Shown here piece by piece: positions 1 to 10,505 of a stretch of DNA of 64,000 nucleotides. This DNA comes from a bacterium (GTDB lineage: Bacteria; Electryoneota; Electryoneia; Electryoneales; Electryoneaceae). The stretch spans positions 2,560,001 through 2,624,000 of the forward strand of contig OY769902.1 of the NCBI GenBank assembly GCA_963669175.1, written 5' to 3'. The notes beneath the pieces are model-generated. The model made no database searches and had not been told where the DNA came from. It worked only from the letters and a program-made list of their open reading frames with translations. How positions within the stretch are numbered: position 1 is the stretch's first letter; every line of letters begins with the position of its first letter. A program made the position numbers and the translations under genes.

Positions 1-8
1 ATAAGCTA

Positions 9-1979
9 TTATAGTACAGCATCCATGCCATAGTAAGCAAGATGCTCACGGATGTCCTGAGGAGAAAATGCCCTTTTTATCTCCCCGTTTGTGCACTTGA
101 AGATCGCATAGGCTTTACCTTTCTCGCCGTTTCCCCCGTCATATTCCACCCAGGGAATTTTCTGATCAGGATCAAGCAGGCGAATGCGTGTTCCCAAAGG
201 AGCACTTCTCATCACTTCCTTACGAAGCTCCCCAATTCCTTCGCCTGCGACCAGGTCCACTAATGCTGGTGGTTCCGCAACTCGCTGCACAGCCTTTAAA
301 TAGACTGTGTTGTGAAGGTGATATCTACCTGCAAGTTCCTTCAATCCTGCAGCCAGTTCTCTTGCGGCCTGCTCCCACTCGACTTCACCGGTCAATGTGG
401 CCAACTCCACATTGATTAAGAACCATCCGGCGTTTTCCTCAAATGGCATCACGCGCATGGTCAATGCCGCGAACGCCTCTTTGTCATAAGGGCGATCCCA
501 ACAACCAGCGCTGCCCTCTGTCCCAAATAAATCTCTTGTTTCTTTGGCCAGCTCATAAGCTCTAATAAGATCACGCGCACGCCCGGCAACCTTGTAAAGT
601 TCAAGCATTCCAGCTATCACATTTACCTGGTCATCAAGGAACACGCCACTGTCATCTTCATCTAACTGTCGACGAAGGCAACCCTGGTCCGTGTGTCCCC
701 TTTTCCAGATCAGGTCCGCGATTTCAAACGCTCGCTGTAACAAAAGTGGACGTTCAAAGAGCAGGGCAGCCTTTGCCAGTGGTCCAAGTGTTTTTCCCAA
801 CACGCCTACAAAGAAACCACCGTCAATCTGTGGAGCGGGGCGTTGATCACGCCAGGTTTTCATCGCCTGCAAGCCACTGTCCAGCATGTCCTGAACCAGG
901 TTCTCATCCATTCCGGTCCTGAGAACAAGCTGATCTATCGGTGTTCTTCTTTCAAGCGCGCTGCGTCCCAAAAATTCACGCGGCGCAACCTGCGCGGATA
1001 CCCCGAAATGATCAATAACGATTGCTGCAACAGTCTCATCCAGATGTTCAGCTAATTCCTTTTCCGTCCATCCGTAGTACGCGCTCCGGTCACCATCCTT
1101 ATCTTCAGCGTCAACCGCCATGACAAAGAGGCCGCTTTCCTCATCTCCCAACGGACCTTCAAGGCATCGAATAATGCCTTCGGCTGTGTCTCTGAAAGAA
1201 GCGTCTCCTGTCAGCCGCCAGGCTTCCAGGTAAGCTTCAAGCAGCATGGCATTGTCTTCGAGCAGCTTCTCGAACTGGGGCACACGCCATGCTTCATCCG
1301 TACATAACCGGAAAAATCCCCCATCGATATAGTCATGTAAGGCGCTGTCCTGAATCGCCTTCAACATGTCGAAAGCAAGATTACGCAGAGCGGGATCAGG
1401 GACTTCAAGCAGGTAGGTCAACACAGCAGGCAGAGGGTATTTGGGCGCGCGACCGAACCCCTTGTATTTCCGGTCAAATGACGCCTGCATAATAGAATGA
1501 GCCTCTGCAAGTGGGGTGCGGTCCACCTGCTCAGGTACCAGTTCACTCGTCAACTTCACATCAGGTGGCGGACCAGATTGAACCACCTTGGCTTTTATCT
1601 CATCAGAATGTTGCCTGTAATACTCGGCTGCCTCCGACAGAACCTCCCGCAAGGTTCCTACTCCAAGAAGTGTTCTGCCAAGAAGCAATTCCCCTCTGGG
1701 AGTTAATAAGCAAATTGAAGGCCAGCCGCCGGGGTTGTAGCGCAGAAAGATATCTGGACGTCGAGTTATATCCACTTTTACAGGCAGATAATCATCATTG
1801 ACCAAAGCCTGTACCGCGCTATCCCGCAACGTCTCACGTTCAAACCTGTGGCTTGGATTCCCCCAAATTGTATAGAAATATACAAATACAGGCTTGTCCA
1901 GCTCTACCGCCAATTCAAAGGTAGCGCCTTCCCAATCCATCCATTGAATCCCGTTTTCACGGTCAGCTTTCCTGGCCAT
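9..1979 (-). CDS. DUF255/YyaL (SSP411-like) thioredoxin-fold + six-hairpin glycosidase-like protein
   Basis: IQWMDW, PVKVD..RPDI, GGWP, GFGRAPKYP, D..DGGFFR..D..W.VPQFEKLL.DNA motifs; ATG at 1979 preceded by GGGAG. Confidence 0.85.
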   Translation of the reverse strand: MARKADRENGIQWMDWEGATFELAVELDKPVFVYFYTIWGNPSHRFERETLRDSAVQALVNDDYLPVKVDITRRPDIFLRYNPGGWPSICLLTPRGELLLGRTLLGVGTLREVLSEAAEYYRQHSDEIKAKVVQSGPPPDVKLTSELVPEQVDRTPLAEAHSIMQASFDRKYKGFGRAPKYPLPAVLTYLLEVPDPALRNLAFDMLKAIQDSALHDYIDGGFFRLCTDEAWRVPQFEKLLEDNAMLLEAYLEAWRLTGDASFRDTAEGIIRCLEGPLGDEESGLFVMAVDAEDKDGDRSAYYGWTEKELAEHLDETVAAIVIDHFGVSAQVAPREFLGRSALERRTPIDQLVLRTGMDENLVQDMLDSGLQAMKTWRDQRPAPQIDGGFFVGVLGKTLGPLAKAALLFERPLLLQRAFEIADLIWKRGHTDQGCLRRQLDEDDSGVFLDDQVNVIAGMLELYKVAGRARDLIRAYELAKETRDLFGTEGSAGCWDRPYDKEAFAALTMRVMPFEENAGWFLINVELATLTGEVEWEQAARELAAGLKELAGRYHLHNTVYLKAVQRVAEPPALVDLVAGEGIGELRKEVMRSAPLGTRIRLLDPDQKIPWVEYDGGNGEKGKAYAIFKCTNGEIKRAFSPQDIREHLAYYGMDAVL

Positions 1980-2393
1980 CAAGTATACTCCCGTTAATAA
2001 CTTCAAAATTAACTATGCAACTTCTGCACACCCTGTTAAATCATGTGCACATTTGCCATCAAGGACCATAATCCCGGCAGAGAATAGACAACAACAAATA
2101 AACAGGTTCCTTAAAATACTGGATAGCGGTCTCTACCGAAAGCCGACTGTCTCGGCTTGAATTCTGGAAATCAAGAAATCTGAGCAGATTTTTAACAGCA
2201 AGAAGTTGCAAAATTTTCAGTACTGGCAAAAATGAATTCCCCGAAAAAATAACAACCTGTCTCCGAGTTTTCTGTAGTGAAATACCTCTTGATTCTTCGT
2301 AAACTTTCCCGTATATAAAACTTGACCCATCAGTATTATTTTGTCAACGTGGTAACTCAAAGTTCTTTCGGCTCACATACAGAAGAGGAAGCC

Positions 2394-2993
2394 ATGCGGA
2401 AAGCGTCAACGCCACTACAACAGGAACGATTGATCCGGATGCTCGAAGCTGCGGGTGAACAGTTCGCCCATAAAGGTTTTACAGACGCAGATCTGGACAC
2501 CATTGCTGCAACTGCCCATGTCGGCAAAGGAACCATTTATAATTACTTCAGAGATAAGCAGGACTTGTACATTCATGCAATGGTTCACGCGCTGGAAGTC
2601 TCATTTGAAACTGTCTATGAAAGGATCAAAGACATAGAAGAACCGGTTGAATATGTCAATGTATATATTGATGCAGTACTGGATTTTCTTGATGGCAGCG
2701 AGGTCATGCGTGGCTTGCTGAATAATGCATCCGCGCTTCTTGACCCGAGTATTCACCATGTTTTGGCGAAAATCCGTGACGAATTCATTGCACGGCATGC
2801 TGTACGTATTACTGACGGAATGAACAAGAAATTGTTTGGCAAGGTCAACCCTTCTATTTTGATCCACGTGATGGAAACTTCCATGATCGGAATGATGTAC
2901 GAACAACAGTTGTCCGGTAAATATTCAACTGAAGAGCTTCGAGTTGCGTTTAAGCAGATATTCCTTCAGGGATTGTTGCCACGGGAAAACTGA
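2394..2993 (+). CDS. TetR/AcrR family transcriptional regulator
   Basis: F..KGF....IA..A.VGKGTIYNYF.DK HTH; ATG 2394 after GAGG. Confidence 0.9.
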   Translation: MRKASTPLQQERLIRMLEAAGEQFAHKGFTDADLDTIAATAHVGKGTIYNYFRDKQDLYIHAMVHALEVSFETVYERIKDIEEPVEYVNVYIDAVLDFLDGSEVMRGLLNNASALLDPSIHHVLAKIRDEFIARHAVRITDGMNKKLFGKVNPSILIHVMETSMIGMMYEQQLSGKYSTEELRVAFKQIFLQGLLPREN

Positions 2994-3004
2994 TTGATCC
3001 CTGG

Positions 3005-3385
3005 TTATCCTTTGATCCAGATAACCTTTTTTTCGCGTCTGATGGGTCGTTTAGGAATAATGAAGTCACTACGGTAAAGCTTTCCCAGGATAAACCGGTT
3101 CAGGAAAAAACTGACCGGGGTATCCAGTCCGGTAGTGGCGCAGGTAACCGTTCCATGGAAATCTCTTACACGACGTGCGGTTCTGAGCACTTTCAGGCCG
3201 CTGATCTGGGTTTCCATGGATATATCGGACACAACGCCGTCCAGTTCGTTGGCACGTTCGCGCAAAACACTGATTCCTTCAGCTGCCGAGCGTGCCCGTA
3301 TCACGCTGGCGCCACGATTCTCCAGGTCTTGTGTGATCGCGTCAGCGTAGCTGTCGTTATCATCAACTAACAGCACCCGTTTCAT
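3005..3385 (-). CDS. stand-alone response regulator receiver protein
   Basis: RVLLVDD, VVSDISM (phospho-Asp), TTG and a C-terminal Lys; start may extend to 3430. Confidence 0.75.
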   Translation of the reverse strand: MKRVLLVDDNDSYADAITQDLENRGASVIRARSAAEGISVLRERANELDGVVSDISMETQISGLKVLRTARRVRDFHGTVTCATTGLDTPVSFFLNRFILGKLYRSDFIIPKRPIRREKKVIWIKG

Positions 3386-3428
3386 CACGGGTGGTTGTAC
3401 TTTGCGTGCAAGGTATCTATTTTCTGCC

Positions 3429-4985
3429 ATGTCTTCGTCCCGTTCAGATCAAAGCGCAATATACGGTTTATTCCACGACCGCGCCGCACTGTTGATTCTT
3501 GCAGTGTCCCTCGTGGTACGGCTGCTCCTGTCCGCCACAGTACAGCCTGGATTTGATGAATCCTATTATCATGTTTTCGGCCTGAACCTGGCTGGAGGCT
3601 ACTTCGATCATCCTCCACTTGTAGCGATTACCGCAGGATTGGGACGTTGGTTAACCGGCTGGCAACACCCGGTAACATTGCGATTCGGCGCTGTCCTCTG
3701 GTTCACTTTTACCCTGGCTGGGTTTTATTCTCTGGCAAGGGCCATGTACAACCGCAAAGCAGGTCTGATCGCATTACTTCTTGCCCATACGACACCATAT
3801 TTTCTGGTCGGCGCCGGTGCTTTTGTTATACCGGATAACGCTCTCTCGGCAGCATGGGTGTGGGGACTCTATATTACCTGGGTGATCCGTGAAGAGAAAC
3901 TGAATCGTTATGTCGGTTTTTTGCTCCTGGGAGTTTTAACAGGAATTGGTCTGCTGGCGAAATACCACGCTGTCCTTTTGCCCGGCGCGCTGTTTTTCGC
4001 TGCTTTGTTCGACAGGAGAATCCGGTCATGGTTCTTCGACTGGCGTCTGTACCTTTTCACAATTCCAGTCGCCATACTGGTGTTCAGCCCCTGCCTGGTC
4101 TGGAATGCGCAGAATGAATGGATATCATTTGCAGAACAATTCGGGAAAAGCGGATCTGGCGGTATACGGTTAAGATTTGATCTTTTGGGACAGGCGTTAG
4201 GTGGTCAGGCCGGTTTTCTGACCCCCTGGATGATGATGCTGTTCTGGTACAGTGCATTGAGAAAACGCAGGCATGGGGTTGAAGATCGCTGGTTGCTTCC
4301 TTTCTTTCTGCTTCCGGTAATCGCATTCACCCTGATCGGGCTGACTCGCACTGTCCTGCCTCACTGGACCATGCCCGGCTATCTTGCAGCGGTTATGCTC
4401 ACGGCGGGCGCTATCGCTAATCCGGGCAATTATAAAGTGGTAACAGCAGATAAGTCTTCAAAAAAAGCCTGGTATTGGCTTTCCGGCGCTGCTGTAGTCA
4501 ACCTGCTGCTTGTCACAACTGTCATCATACAAACCCATTCTGGCTTCCTGCCCATTAAAGCAAAGCAGGACCCCACCCTTGATCCCTTCGGCTGGAAACA
4601 GACCATCGACTGGCTGGAACGCACGGATCGAATTGCTGAAGATGATGTTATTTTTGTCCATAAATGGTTTTCCGGATCGGAAGTGACCTGGGCAGACCGT
4701 AATCGTCATACTGTAGTCAATCTCGGCAGCAAACAGCACATGTATGCCTGGTGGGCGCCACCGGAAGACTATATCGGCCGTGATGGGATTTTCATTACCC
4801 AGGGACGCTACATTCGTGATAAAGATGTCGGCCCACTACTGAAAGACAGGTTCGGCTCTGTGACTGAATTGTACCCGCCGCTTCCCAAACGTGGATCACA
4901 ACTTGTAGAAATCCGTGTATGGCGCGTTGAAGATTTTCGCGTTCCACCACATCGTGATTATGGCCCTGCTTGCCCAGTTGATTAG
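3429..4985 (+). CDS. glycosyltransferase family 39/83 (PMT_2/ArnT-like) polytopic membrane protein
   Basis: DESYY, GYFDHPPL, PD, LAKY, P.LVWN motifs and many TM helices. Confidence 0.85.
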   Translation: MSSSRSDQSAIYGLFHDRAALLILAVSLVVRLLLSATVQPGFDESYYHVFGLNLAGGYFDHPPLVAITAGLGRWLTGWQHPVTLRFGAVLWFTFTLAGFYSLARAMYNRKAGLIALLLAHTTPYFLVGAGAFVIPDNALSAAWVWGLYITWVIREEKLNRYVGFLLLGVLTGIGLLAKYHAVLLPGALFFAALFDRRIRSWFFDWRLYLFTIPVAILVFSPCLVWNAQNEWISFAEQFGKSGSGGIRLRFDLLGQALGGQAGFLTPWMMMLFWYSALRKRRHGVEDRWLLPFFLLPVIAFTLIGLTRTVLPHWTMPGYLAAVMLTAGAIANPGNYKVVTADKSSKKAWYWLSGAAVVNLLLVTTVIIQTHSGFLPIKAKQDPTLDPFGWKQTIDWLERTDRIAEDDVIFVHKWFSGSEVTWADRNRHTVVNLGSKQHMYAWWAPPEDYIGRDGIFITQGRYIRDKDVGPLLKDRFGSVTELYPPLPKRGSQLVEIRVWRVEDFRVPPHRDYGPACPVD

Positions 4986-5077
4986 TTTCGATTTTTCTGG
5001 CAGTTGATCCACTGGCATCGCTATACTTTTCCGTAAAACAGGGAAGAGACCCGCAACGAGATATATACTGAAACTCG

Positions 5078-5400
5078 AAAGAAATGCCGCATGCAGTCAT
5101 CCCCAGCGTAGCAAAGCTGTCGTAGAATCACCGATGCTCTCATCCCAGCGAAGGCTGGGATCCAGTCATATTGCGATATTACAAGAGGTTAAGTATTCTC
5201 AAGAAGCGCGGTACATTGAGAGTCGTTCAAGTATCCAACTTGTTATTTTGTCGATACTTGCCAGGATCCCCACCTGCGTGGGGATGAAAGTGTAGCCTAT
5301 TCTGCGACAGCCTGCGCTGGGATGAGAGTGTTTTCTATCCTGATACAGTCTGGCAGGCGGGGTCTATTCCGTTGTCCGCTCAATCCAATGATTGTAATAG
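5078..5400. repeat. nested REP/MITE-like palindromic element, family R1 copy 1
   Basis: TCATCCCAGCG/CGCTGGGATGA palindromes; inner IR GCTGTCGTAGAAT (5116) / ATTCTGCGACAGC (5299); core 5160-5302 recurs at 60674-60816 and the outer ends recur at 30690-30795. Confidence 0.8.
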
Positions 5401-5473
5401 ATTTAACTACAAATTTTCAGAATCAAGTATACAGAAAAGCATGCTGCATTGTTTTCAAGCTCCCCTATAGAAG

Positions 5474-5506
5474 CATACCATACCATACCATACCATACCA
5501 TACCAT
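5474..5506. repeat. (CATAC)6 pentanucleotide microsatellite
   Basis: six exact CATAC units plus CAT. Confidence 0.9.
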
Positions 5507-5528
5507 GTAACATGTTATATGATTCATA

Positions 5529-5564
5529 AACAACCGCCCGGTGGTATCCCACCGGGCGGTTGTT
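5529..5564 (-). terminator. intrinsic terminator hairpin downstream of the 5638-7716 gene
   Basis: AACAACCGCCCGGTGG-tatc-CCACCGGGCGGTTGTT, perfect 16-bp stem. Confidence 0.7.
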
Positions 5565-5637
5565 CACAACTATGGATGAGGCAAAGCCTCAGAGTTCCGA
5601 AACGACCTGGCAAGGCCGTCAGGAACGGAAAATCAGC

Positions 5638-7716
5638 TTACTTGACGAGGGTCATCTTCTTCATATCGGTGAAGTTGTTGACCTCGATCGAGTAGTAGTA
5701 GATACCACTGGCCAGACGGGAAGCGTCGAAGACGGCTTCATGTACGCCTGTGCTGAGCTGCTGGTCGACTACGCGCATGACTTCCTGGCCCATGACGTTG
5801 TACACGGTCAGGCGGACATGGCCCGCTTCCTTCAGACCGAACCGTACGGATGTGGTCGGGTTGAAGGGGTTCGGGTAGTTCTGATCCATGAAGTAGGATT
5901 CAGGTACTGCCGCGCTGATTTCGAGGACGTCGTTGGTGCCGGAAATCATGACGGTGATCGGGTTCTGTGCGTTCGGATCGTTGTGATACAGCAACGCACC
6001 ACCACTAAGGTTACCGGCAGCAGTCGGGGCCCACAGGAAAGTCATTTCGTGGGGCAGGGAGTCTGCTTCAACTGCGAACGGGAAGGACTCGTCTACAGAG
6101 ACGACATCCGAAATGGTCGGGGAAATGCGCACGGAGTCAACACGGCCAATGCCTGTACCGTTGTTGATGATCAAGAACTTGGCTTCGCCAACACTGCCGG
6201 GCTCAACACCAAAGAAGGATACTGTGGTTTCCGGGAACTGGAGTTCCGGGGCAACACCACGGCTGATCATGGCGCGCATGCCGCCATTGCCAGATTCACT
6301 CAGGTACAGGGAGCTACCATCATAGGACATGCCAACATTCGGCATATCATAGTTGGAAGCTGCTACTGGCGGTTCGCTATCTACACTGTAGCTGCCGTCA
6401 CCATACATACCCAGCACAAAGCTGCCATCATTGATGCCAATGCCTTCCGGGTAGTCTTCTGAAGTGATTTCAAAGGCATTCCAGCCTTCTACCACGTCAG
6501 TCGTCAGCTCCCAGACTGTGGCATACTGGTTGTCAGCGATAATCCAGACCACCAGCGTGATGTCTTCTGTATCACTGCCGAAGTACCATGTCGCTGAATC
6601 AATCTGTGCAGGATAGGAAGTCGGATAGAAACGTGTACCGTAACCATCTGTGGCGGACATGTTGATGTTCACGTTGAAATCGCCGTCATCGTAAACATAC
6701 CAGTCACCCAGTGCGACGACCTGCTGCAACAGATAGGCAGTATTGTTTTCTGTATCGTTTTCTTCGCCGCCCGCTGCAGTTGCTGTAACGATGTAACGAC
6801 CGGTTGTAGTCGGTGTCCAGGTTTCAGTTGCAGTGACGAGGACCGTATCAGCATTAAGCGCTGCGACAGAAGGCAGATCGGCTGTGGTCGAAAAGACCTC
6901 ATCGCCATTTTCATCGGCAACCGCGAAGGTTACTGTTCCGGCTTCAGAGGCAGTGGTACCCGCATTGCGGAAACGGCCAGTGAAGGTGACGGGGGTATTG
7001 GCATCAAGCTGGAACTGCTGAATGTCGTTGTAGCAAGTCATGCCAACGAGGTCAACAAATGTACCATCGTATGCGCCGAGGGCATGGAAAATGTAGTCGT
7101 AGGGTACTGTACTGCCGAGGTTGGTCGGGCTGTCGTTGAAGCCGGTCTTGCTGCGATCACCGGGGACGGCGCCATCATCATCAATAACGGTTGACCAATC
7201 GGTGTTGGTTTCACCGGGGACGGGGCCAACAACGATCCAGAAATCTTCGCCAATCTCAAAGTCGATATAATCATCTTCGTCGATCAGGCATTCAATCCAT
7301 GCCGGGGGGGTATCCCAGTCGTCGAGAAGAGTGATCGAGTTCGGCGCTTCATTGTCGAGGATGGTCAGCAACAGTTCATCCGGCTGGCCGCCGTCATTGG
7401 AGTATACCTGTACGGTAGTAGCATCAAACTCACCACCACGGGACACGAGGAAACGGAAAGCCTGCAGTGTGAAGTTCGCCGGTGCGGTAAAACGAACGCC
7501 TGAATAAAAATCTGCAGCGTCGCTGTAATAGTAAAACCTGTTGGTAAAGTTATGGTAATAAATGGAATCGTTGAACGTTTCGTCCAAGTTTCCTGATGCG
7601 GGAGTCCAACCCTCAGGGGCGCTCTGCGAGGTAAGCGTCACCTGCTCGGCAAAGGCACCAGAGAAGATGACTGCAACCAACAGTATCCCGATCATTGCGG
7701 TCAAATGCTTATGCAT
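5638..7716 (-). CDS. secreted acidic beta-rich protein with Ig-like domains and T9SS type A/FlgD-like C-terminal sorting domain
   Basis: signal peptide; C-terminal QNYPNPFNPTT...VYNVMGQEV...SGIYYY...KKMTLVK; AAGGAG RBS. Confidence 0.85.
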   Translation of the reverse strand: MHKHLTAMIGILLVAVIFSGAFAEQVTLTSQSAPEGWTPASGNLDETFNDSIYYHNFTNRFYYYSDAADFYSGVRFTAPANFTLQAFRFLVSRGGEFDATTVQVYSNDGGQPDELLLTILDNEAPNSITLLDDWDTPPAWIECLIDEDDYIDFEIGEDFWIVVGPVPGETNTDWSTVIDDDGAVPGDRSKTGFNDSPTNLGSTVPYDYIFHALGAYDGTFVDLVGMTCYNDIQQFQLDANTPVTFTGRFRNAGTTASEAGTVTFAVADENGDEVFSTTADLPSVAALNADTVLVTATETWTPTTTGRYIVTATAAGGEENDTENNTAYLLQQVVALGDWYVYDDGDFNVNINMSATDGYGTRFYPTSYPAQIDSATWYFGSDTEDITLVVWIIADNQYATVWELTTDVVEGWNAFEITSEDYPEGIGINDGSFVLGMYGDGSYSVDSEPPVAASNYDMPNVGMSYDGSSLYLSESGNGGMRAMISRGVAPELQFPETTVSFFGVEPGSVGEAKFLIINNGTGIGRVDSVRISPTISDVVSVDESFPFAVEADSLPHEMTFLWAPTAAGNLSGGALLYHNDPNAQNPITVMISGTNDVLEISAAVPESYFMDQNYPNPFNPTTSVRFGLKEAGHVRLTVYNVMGQEVMRVVDQQLSTGVHEAVFDASRLASGIYYYSIEVNNFTDMKKMTLVK

Positions 7717-7864
7717 GTGTTTCTCTCCTTACGTAACAAATCCGGCTCACGGATTTTCGCTCCGTAGAGCACTTTTATGTTGGTCGGTCACAAAACAATT
7801 TTCCTCTCTATAGCAGCTCCTCCTGCAGTTTGTTTTTGCTTTTCGTTTATGTTAGCCGAAGTTT

Positions 7865-9148
7865 TTACTCGTGTTTCAATGCCTCCAGAGCAACTTTTAC
7901 CCGTTCGCCTGTCTGACGAATGGTCGCCTGGGTATGAGCCAGGGAAACAAACCAGGCTTCATAACCACTTGGAGGTAAATGAATTCCGCCTTCCAGCATC
8001 TTGCTGAAAAACTGTGCGAACCGCTTATGGTCCGCTTTCATAGCATCATCCATATTATAAACAGGTTTTTCGCTGAAAAACAGGGTCAGCATGGAACCAA
8101 CCCTTTGGATATTAACAGGAATACCTGTAGCATCTGCTGCCTGTACTAATTCTTTTTCCAACAGGGAAGATACTTCCTCCAATGACCGGTAGGAAGCCTT
8201 GTTCAGCATCTGCAATGTTGTCAGCCCGGCAGTCATGGCAAGAGGATTGCCAGAAAGGGTTCCTGCCTGATAGACAGGGCCTTCCGGGGCAATTTTCCCC
8301 ATCAGGTCACGGCTACCGCCATAGGCGCCAACCGGTAATCCTCCACCGATAACTTTGCCAAATGTGGTCAGATCAGCATTAATGCTGAATAGTTCCTGGG
8401 CGCCACCACGCGCCACCCTGAACCCCGTCATAACTTCATCAAATATCAGTAACGCGCCATGGCTTGTACAAAGATCGCGCAATCCCTGCAAAAAACCATC
8501 CTCTGGAGGGACTACACCCATATTGCCCGCGACAGGTTCCACAATAACAGCAGCAACCCTGTCCTTTTCAGTATTCAGGATTGCTTCAACTGATTCAAGA
8601 TCATTGTAAATGGCAACCCTGGTGTCCTGTGCGGCTCCCTTTGTCACGCCCGGACTGTCGGGTAGACCAAGGGTTGCAACTCCAGAGCCGGCCTGTATCA
8701 GGAAACTGTCGCCATGCCCATGATAGCACCCGGCAAACTTGACAAGTACATCCCGGCCTGTAGCTGCACGTGCCAGCCGAACGGCGCTCATGGTCGCTTC
8801 GGTTCCGGAATTGACGAAGCGGATTTTATCTACTGAGTCGACACGGGACACAATTTCTTCTGCAAGTTCGACTTCCAGCGGAGTCGGCGCACCGTAACTT
8901 GTGCCTCGCCGAACGGCCTGTTCAAGCGCTTCGACCACTTCCGGGTGAGCATGCCCCAGGATCATCGGCCCCCAGGAACCGATATAGTCGATATAACTCC
9001 GCCCGTCAGCGTCTGTCAGGGTTGCCCCTTTTGCAGAAGTTATAAAGGGCGGAATACCCCCAACAGCCTTAAATGCTCTTACCGGGGAGTTTACGCCTCC
9101 GGGCAAGATTGTTTGTGCTTTGGCAAAAATGTCTTCTGAGCGGCTCAT
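7865..9148 (-). CDS. hemL: glutamate-1-semialdehyde 2,1-aminomutase
   Basis: PGGVNSPVRAF, NSGTEATMSA, FDEVMTGFR, FGKVIGGGLP, YQAGTLSGNP. Confidence 0.98.
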   Translation of the reverse strand: MSRSEDIFAKAQTILPGGVNSPVRAFKAVGGIPPFITSAKGATLTDADGRSYIDYIGSWGPMILGHAHPEVVEALEQAVRRGTSYGAPTPLEVELAEEIVSRVDSVDKIRFVNSGTEATMSAVRLARAATGRDVLVKFAGCYHGHGDSFLIQAGSGVATLGLPDSPGVTKGAAQDTRVAIYNDLESVEAILNTEKDRVAAVIVEPVAGNMGVVPPEDGFLQGLRDLCTSHGALLIFDEVMTGFRVARGGAQELFSINADLTTFGKVIGGGLPVGAYGGSRDLMGKIAPEGPVYQAGTLSGNPLAMTAGLTTLQMLNKASYRSLEEVSSLLEKELVQAADATGIPVNIQRVGSMLTLFFSEKPVYNMDDAMKADHKRFAQFFSKMLEGGIHLPPSGYEAWFVSLAHTQATIRQTGERVKVALEALKHE

Positions 9149-9175
9149 GTCAATCCTGTTTCACAATACTGGTAA

Positions 9176-10159
9176 TCAAGCGCCCTTCCCATTCAACAAC
9201 AGGGCGGCTTCCTTTGCATGATATGATATGATAAAATCAGCCCCAGCGCGTTTAAAGGCAACCAGGGTTTCCATGATCATCTTTTCCCGGTCAATCCAGC
9301 CCTTTGCCGCGGCAGCCTCGAGCATGGAATATTCACCGGACACATGATATGTCCCTGTTGGTCTGCCAAAACGGTGCTTGACCCTGTAAAGTACATCGAG
9401 ATAGGGCAAGCCCGGTTTGACCAGGAGCATATCTGCTCCCTCGAGAATGTCCAGCTCGGCCTCACGTATGGCCTCTTCCGCATTTGAAGGATCCATCTGG
9501 TATGCTTTCCGGTCACCGAACTGTGGGGCCGAATCTGCTGCATCCCGGAACGGTCCGTAAAAAGCAGACGCATATTTGACCGCATAGCTTAATATAATTG
9601 TATCTGTGAATCCGGATTTGTCCAGTTCTGCACGAATCTGACCGACTCTGCCATCCATCATATCGGATGGCGCAACGATATCTGCTCCGGCTTCAGCATG
9701 GCTCAAGGCTGTTTTTGCCAGAAGTGCAAGCGTGGGGTCATTGGCAACGCCTTTCTGTGATAATACTCCACAATGCCCGTGACTGGTGTATTCGCAAAGA
9801 CACACGTCTGTGATAACTAACAGCTCAGGTACTGCCTGCTTGATATTGCGGACCGCCTGCTGCACAACACCGTCTTCAATCCAGGCGCCGGATCCTTCTG
9901 CATCCTTGTATCCCGGAATACCGAACAGGATTATCGCGGGAACACCTGCATCATAAATTCGAGCAGCCTCTTCCGCCACACGTTCTACCGGCCAATGATA
10001 CTGGCCGGGCATAGATGAAATCTCTTTCGCGATTCCATCGCCTTCAACCACAAACAGGGGTTGAATCAGGTCCTCTGCAACAACCCGGTTTTCCTGCACC
10101 AGACTTCGAATTTCTTTTGTTGTCCGCAACCGGCGCGGACGATGGATGGGAAAAGACAT
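9176..10159 (-). CDS. hemB: porphobilinogen synthase (Zn-type)
   Basis: [46 protein letters not shown]. Confidence 0.98.
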   Translation of the reverse strand: MSFPIHRPRRLRTTKEIRSLVQENRVVAEDLIQPLFVVEGDGIAKEISSMPGQYHWPVERVAEEAARIYDAGVPAIILFGIPGYKDAEGSGAWIEDGVVQQAVRNIKQAVPELLVITDVCLCEYTSHGHCGVLSQKGVANDPTLALLAKTALSHAEAGADIVAPSDMMDGRVGQIRAELDKSGFTDTIILSYAVKYASAFYGPFRDAADSAPQFGDRKAYQMDPSNAEEAIREAELDILEGADMLLVKPGLPYLDVLYRVKHRFGRPTGTYHVSGEYSMLEAAAAKGWIDREKMIMETLVAFKRAGADFIISYHAKEAALLLNGKGA

Positions 10160-10450
10160 ACGCCCCCCTTAGGCTCCATCTCAAGGGAAAACTGCGCAAA
10201 CAATGAGCCAACAAGTCTTTGCTGTCACCAACTTTGTTAGTCTTTGACGGATGGAAGATAATAAGATTTGAAAGCTTATGCCCGAATTTAGAAGAAAACC
10301 GCTCCGGGTATATCATTCGCTATATAAGCTATTTATCGTAAAGGAGGAGAAAAAATGCTCTCTTTTGCTGCATCTGTAACGTATCGATGCTTCACTTCGC
10401 TACCTTCAAAATGCCGCAAAGCCCCGTGTTCTCTTGAAGAGAGCCACATG

Positions 10451-10477
10451 TGTAACCGAAACCACCTTCACATGTCT
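10451..10477 (+). promoter_or_regulatory. putative autoregulatory ECF promoter
   Basis: TGTAAC-N16-TGTC(T), about 30 bp upstream of the ECF sigma start; resembles SigX/SigW-type promoters. Confidence 0.5.
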
Positions 10478-10505
10478 CAGAAGTGAAGGGGCAAGGAGAC
10501 GGAAT

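Noticed and set aside
2322-2347. TTGAC-N16-GTCAA as a TetR operator
   Set aside because: Only 5-bp arms, so it could easily arise by chance
5560-6462. 300-aa plus-strand ORF
   Set aside because: Antisense to the CTD-bearing gene, which has a signal peptide and clear motifs
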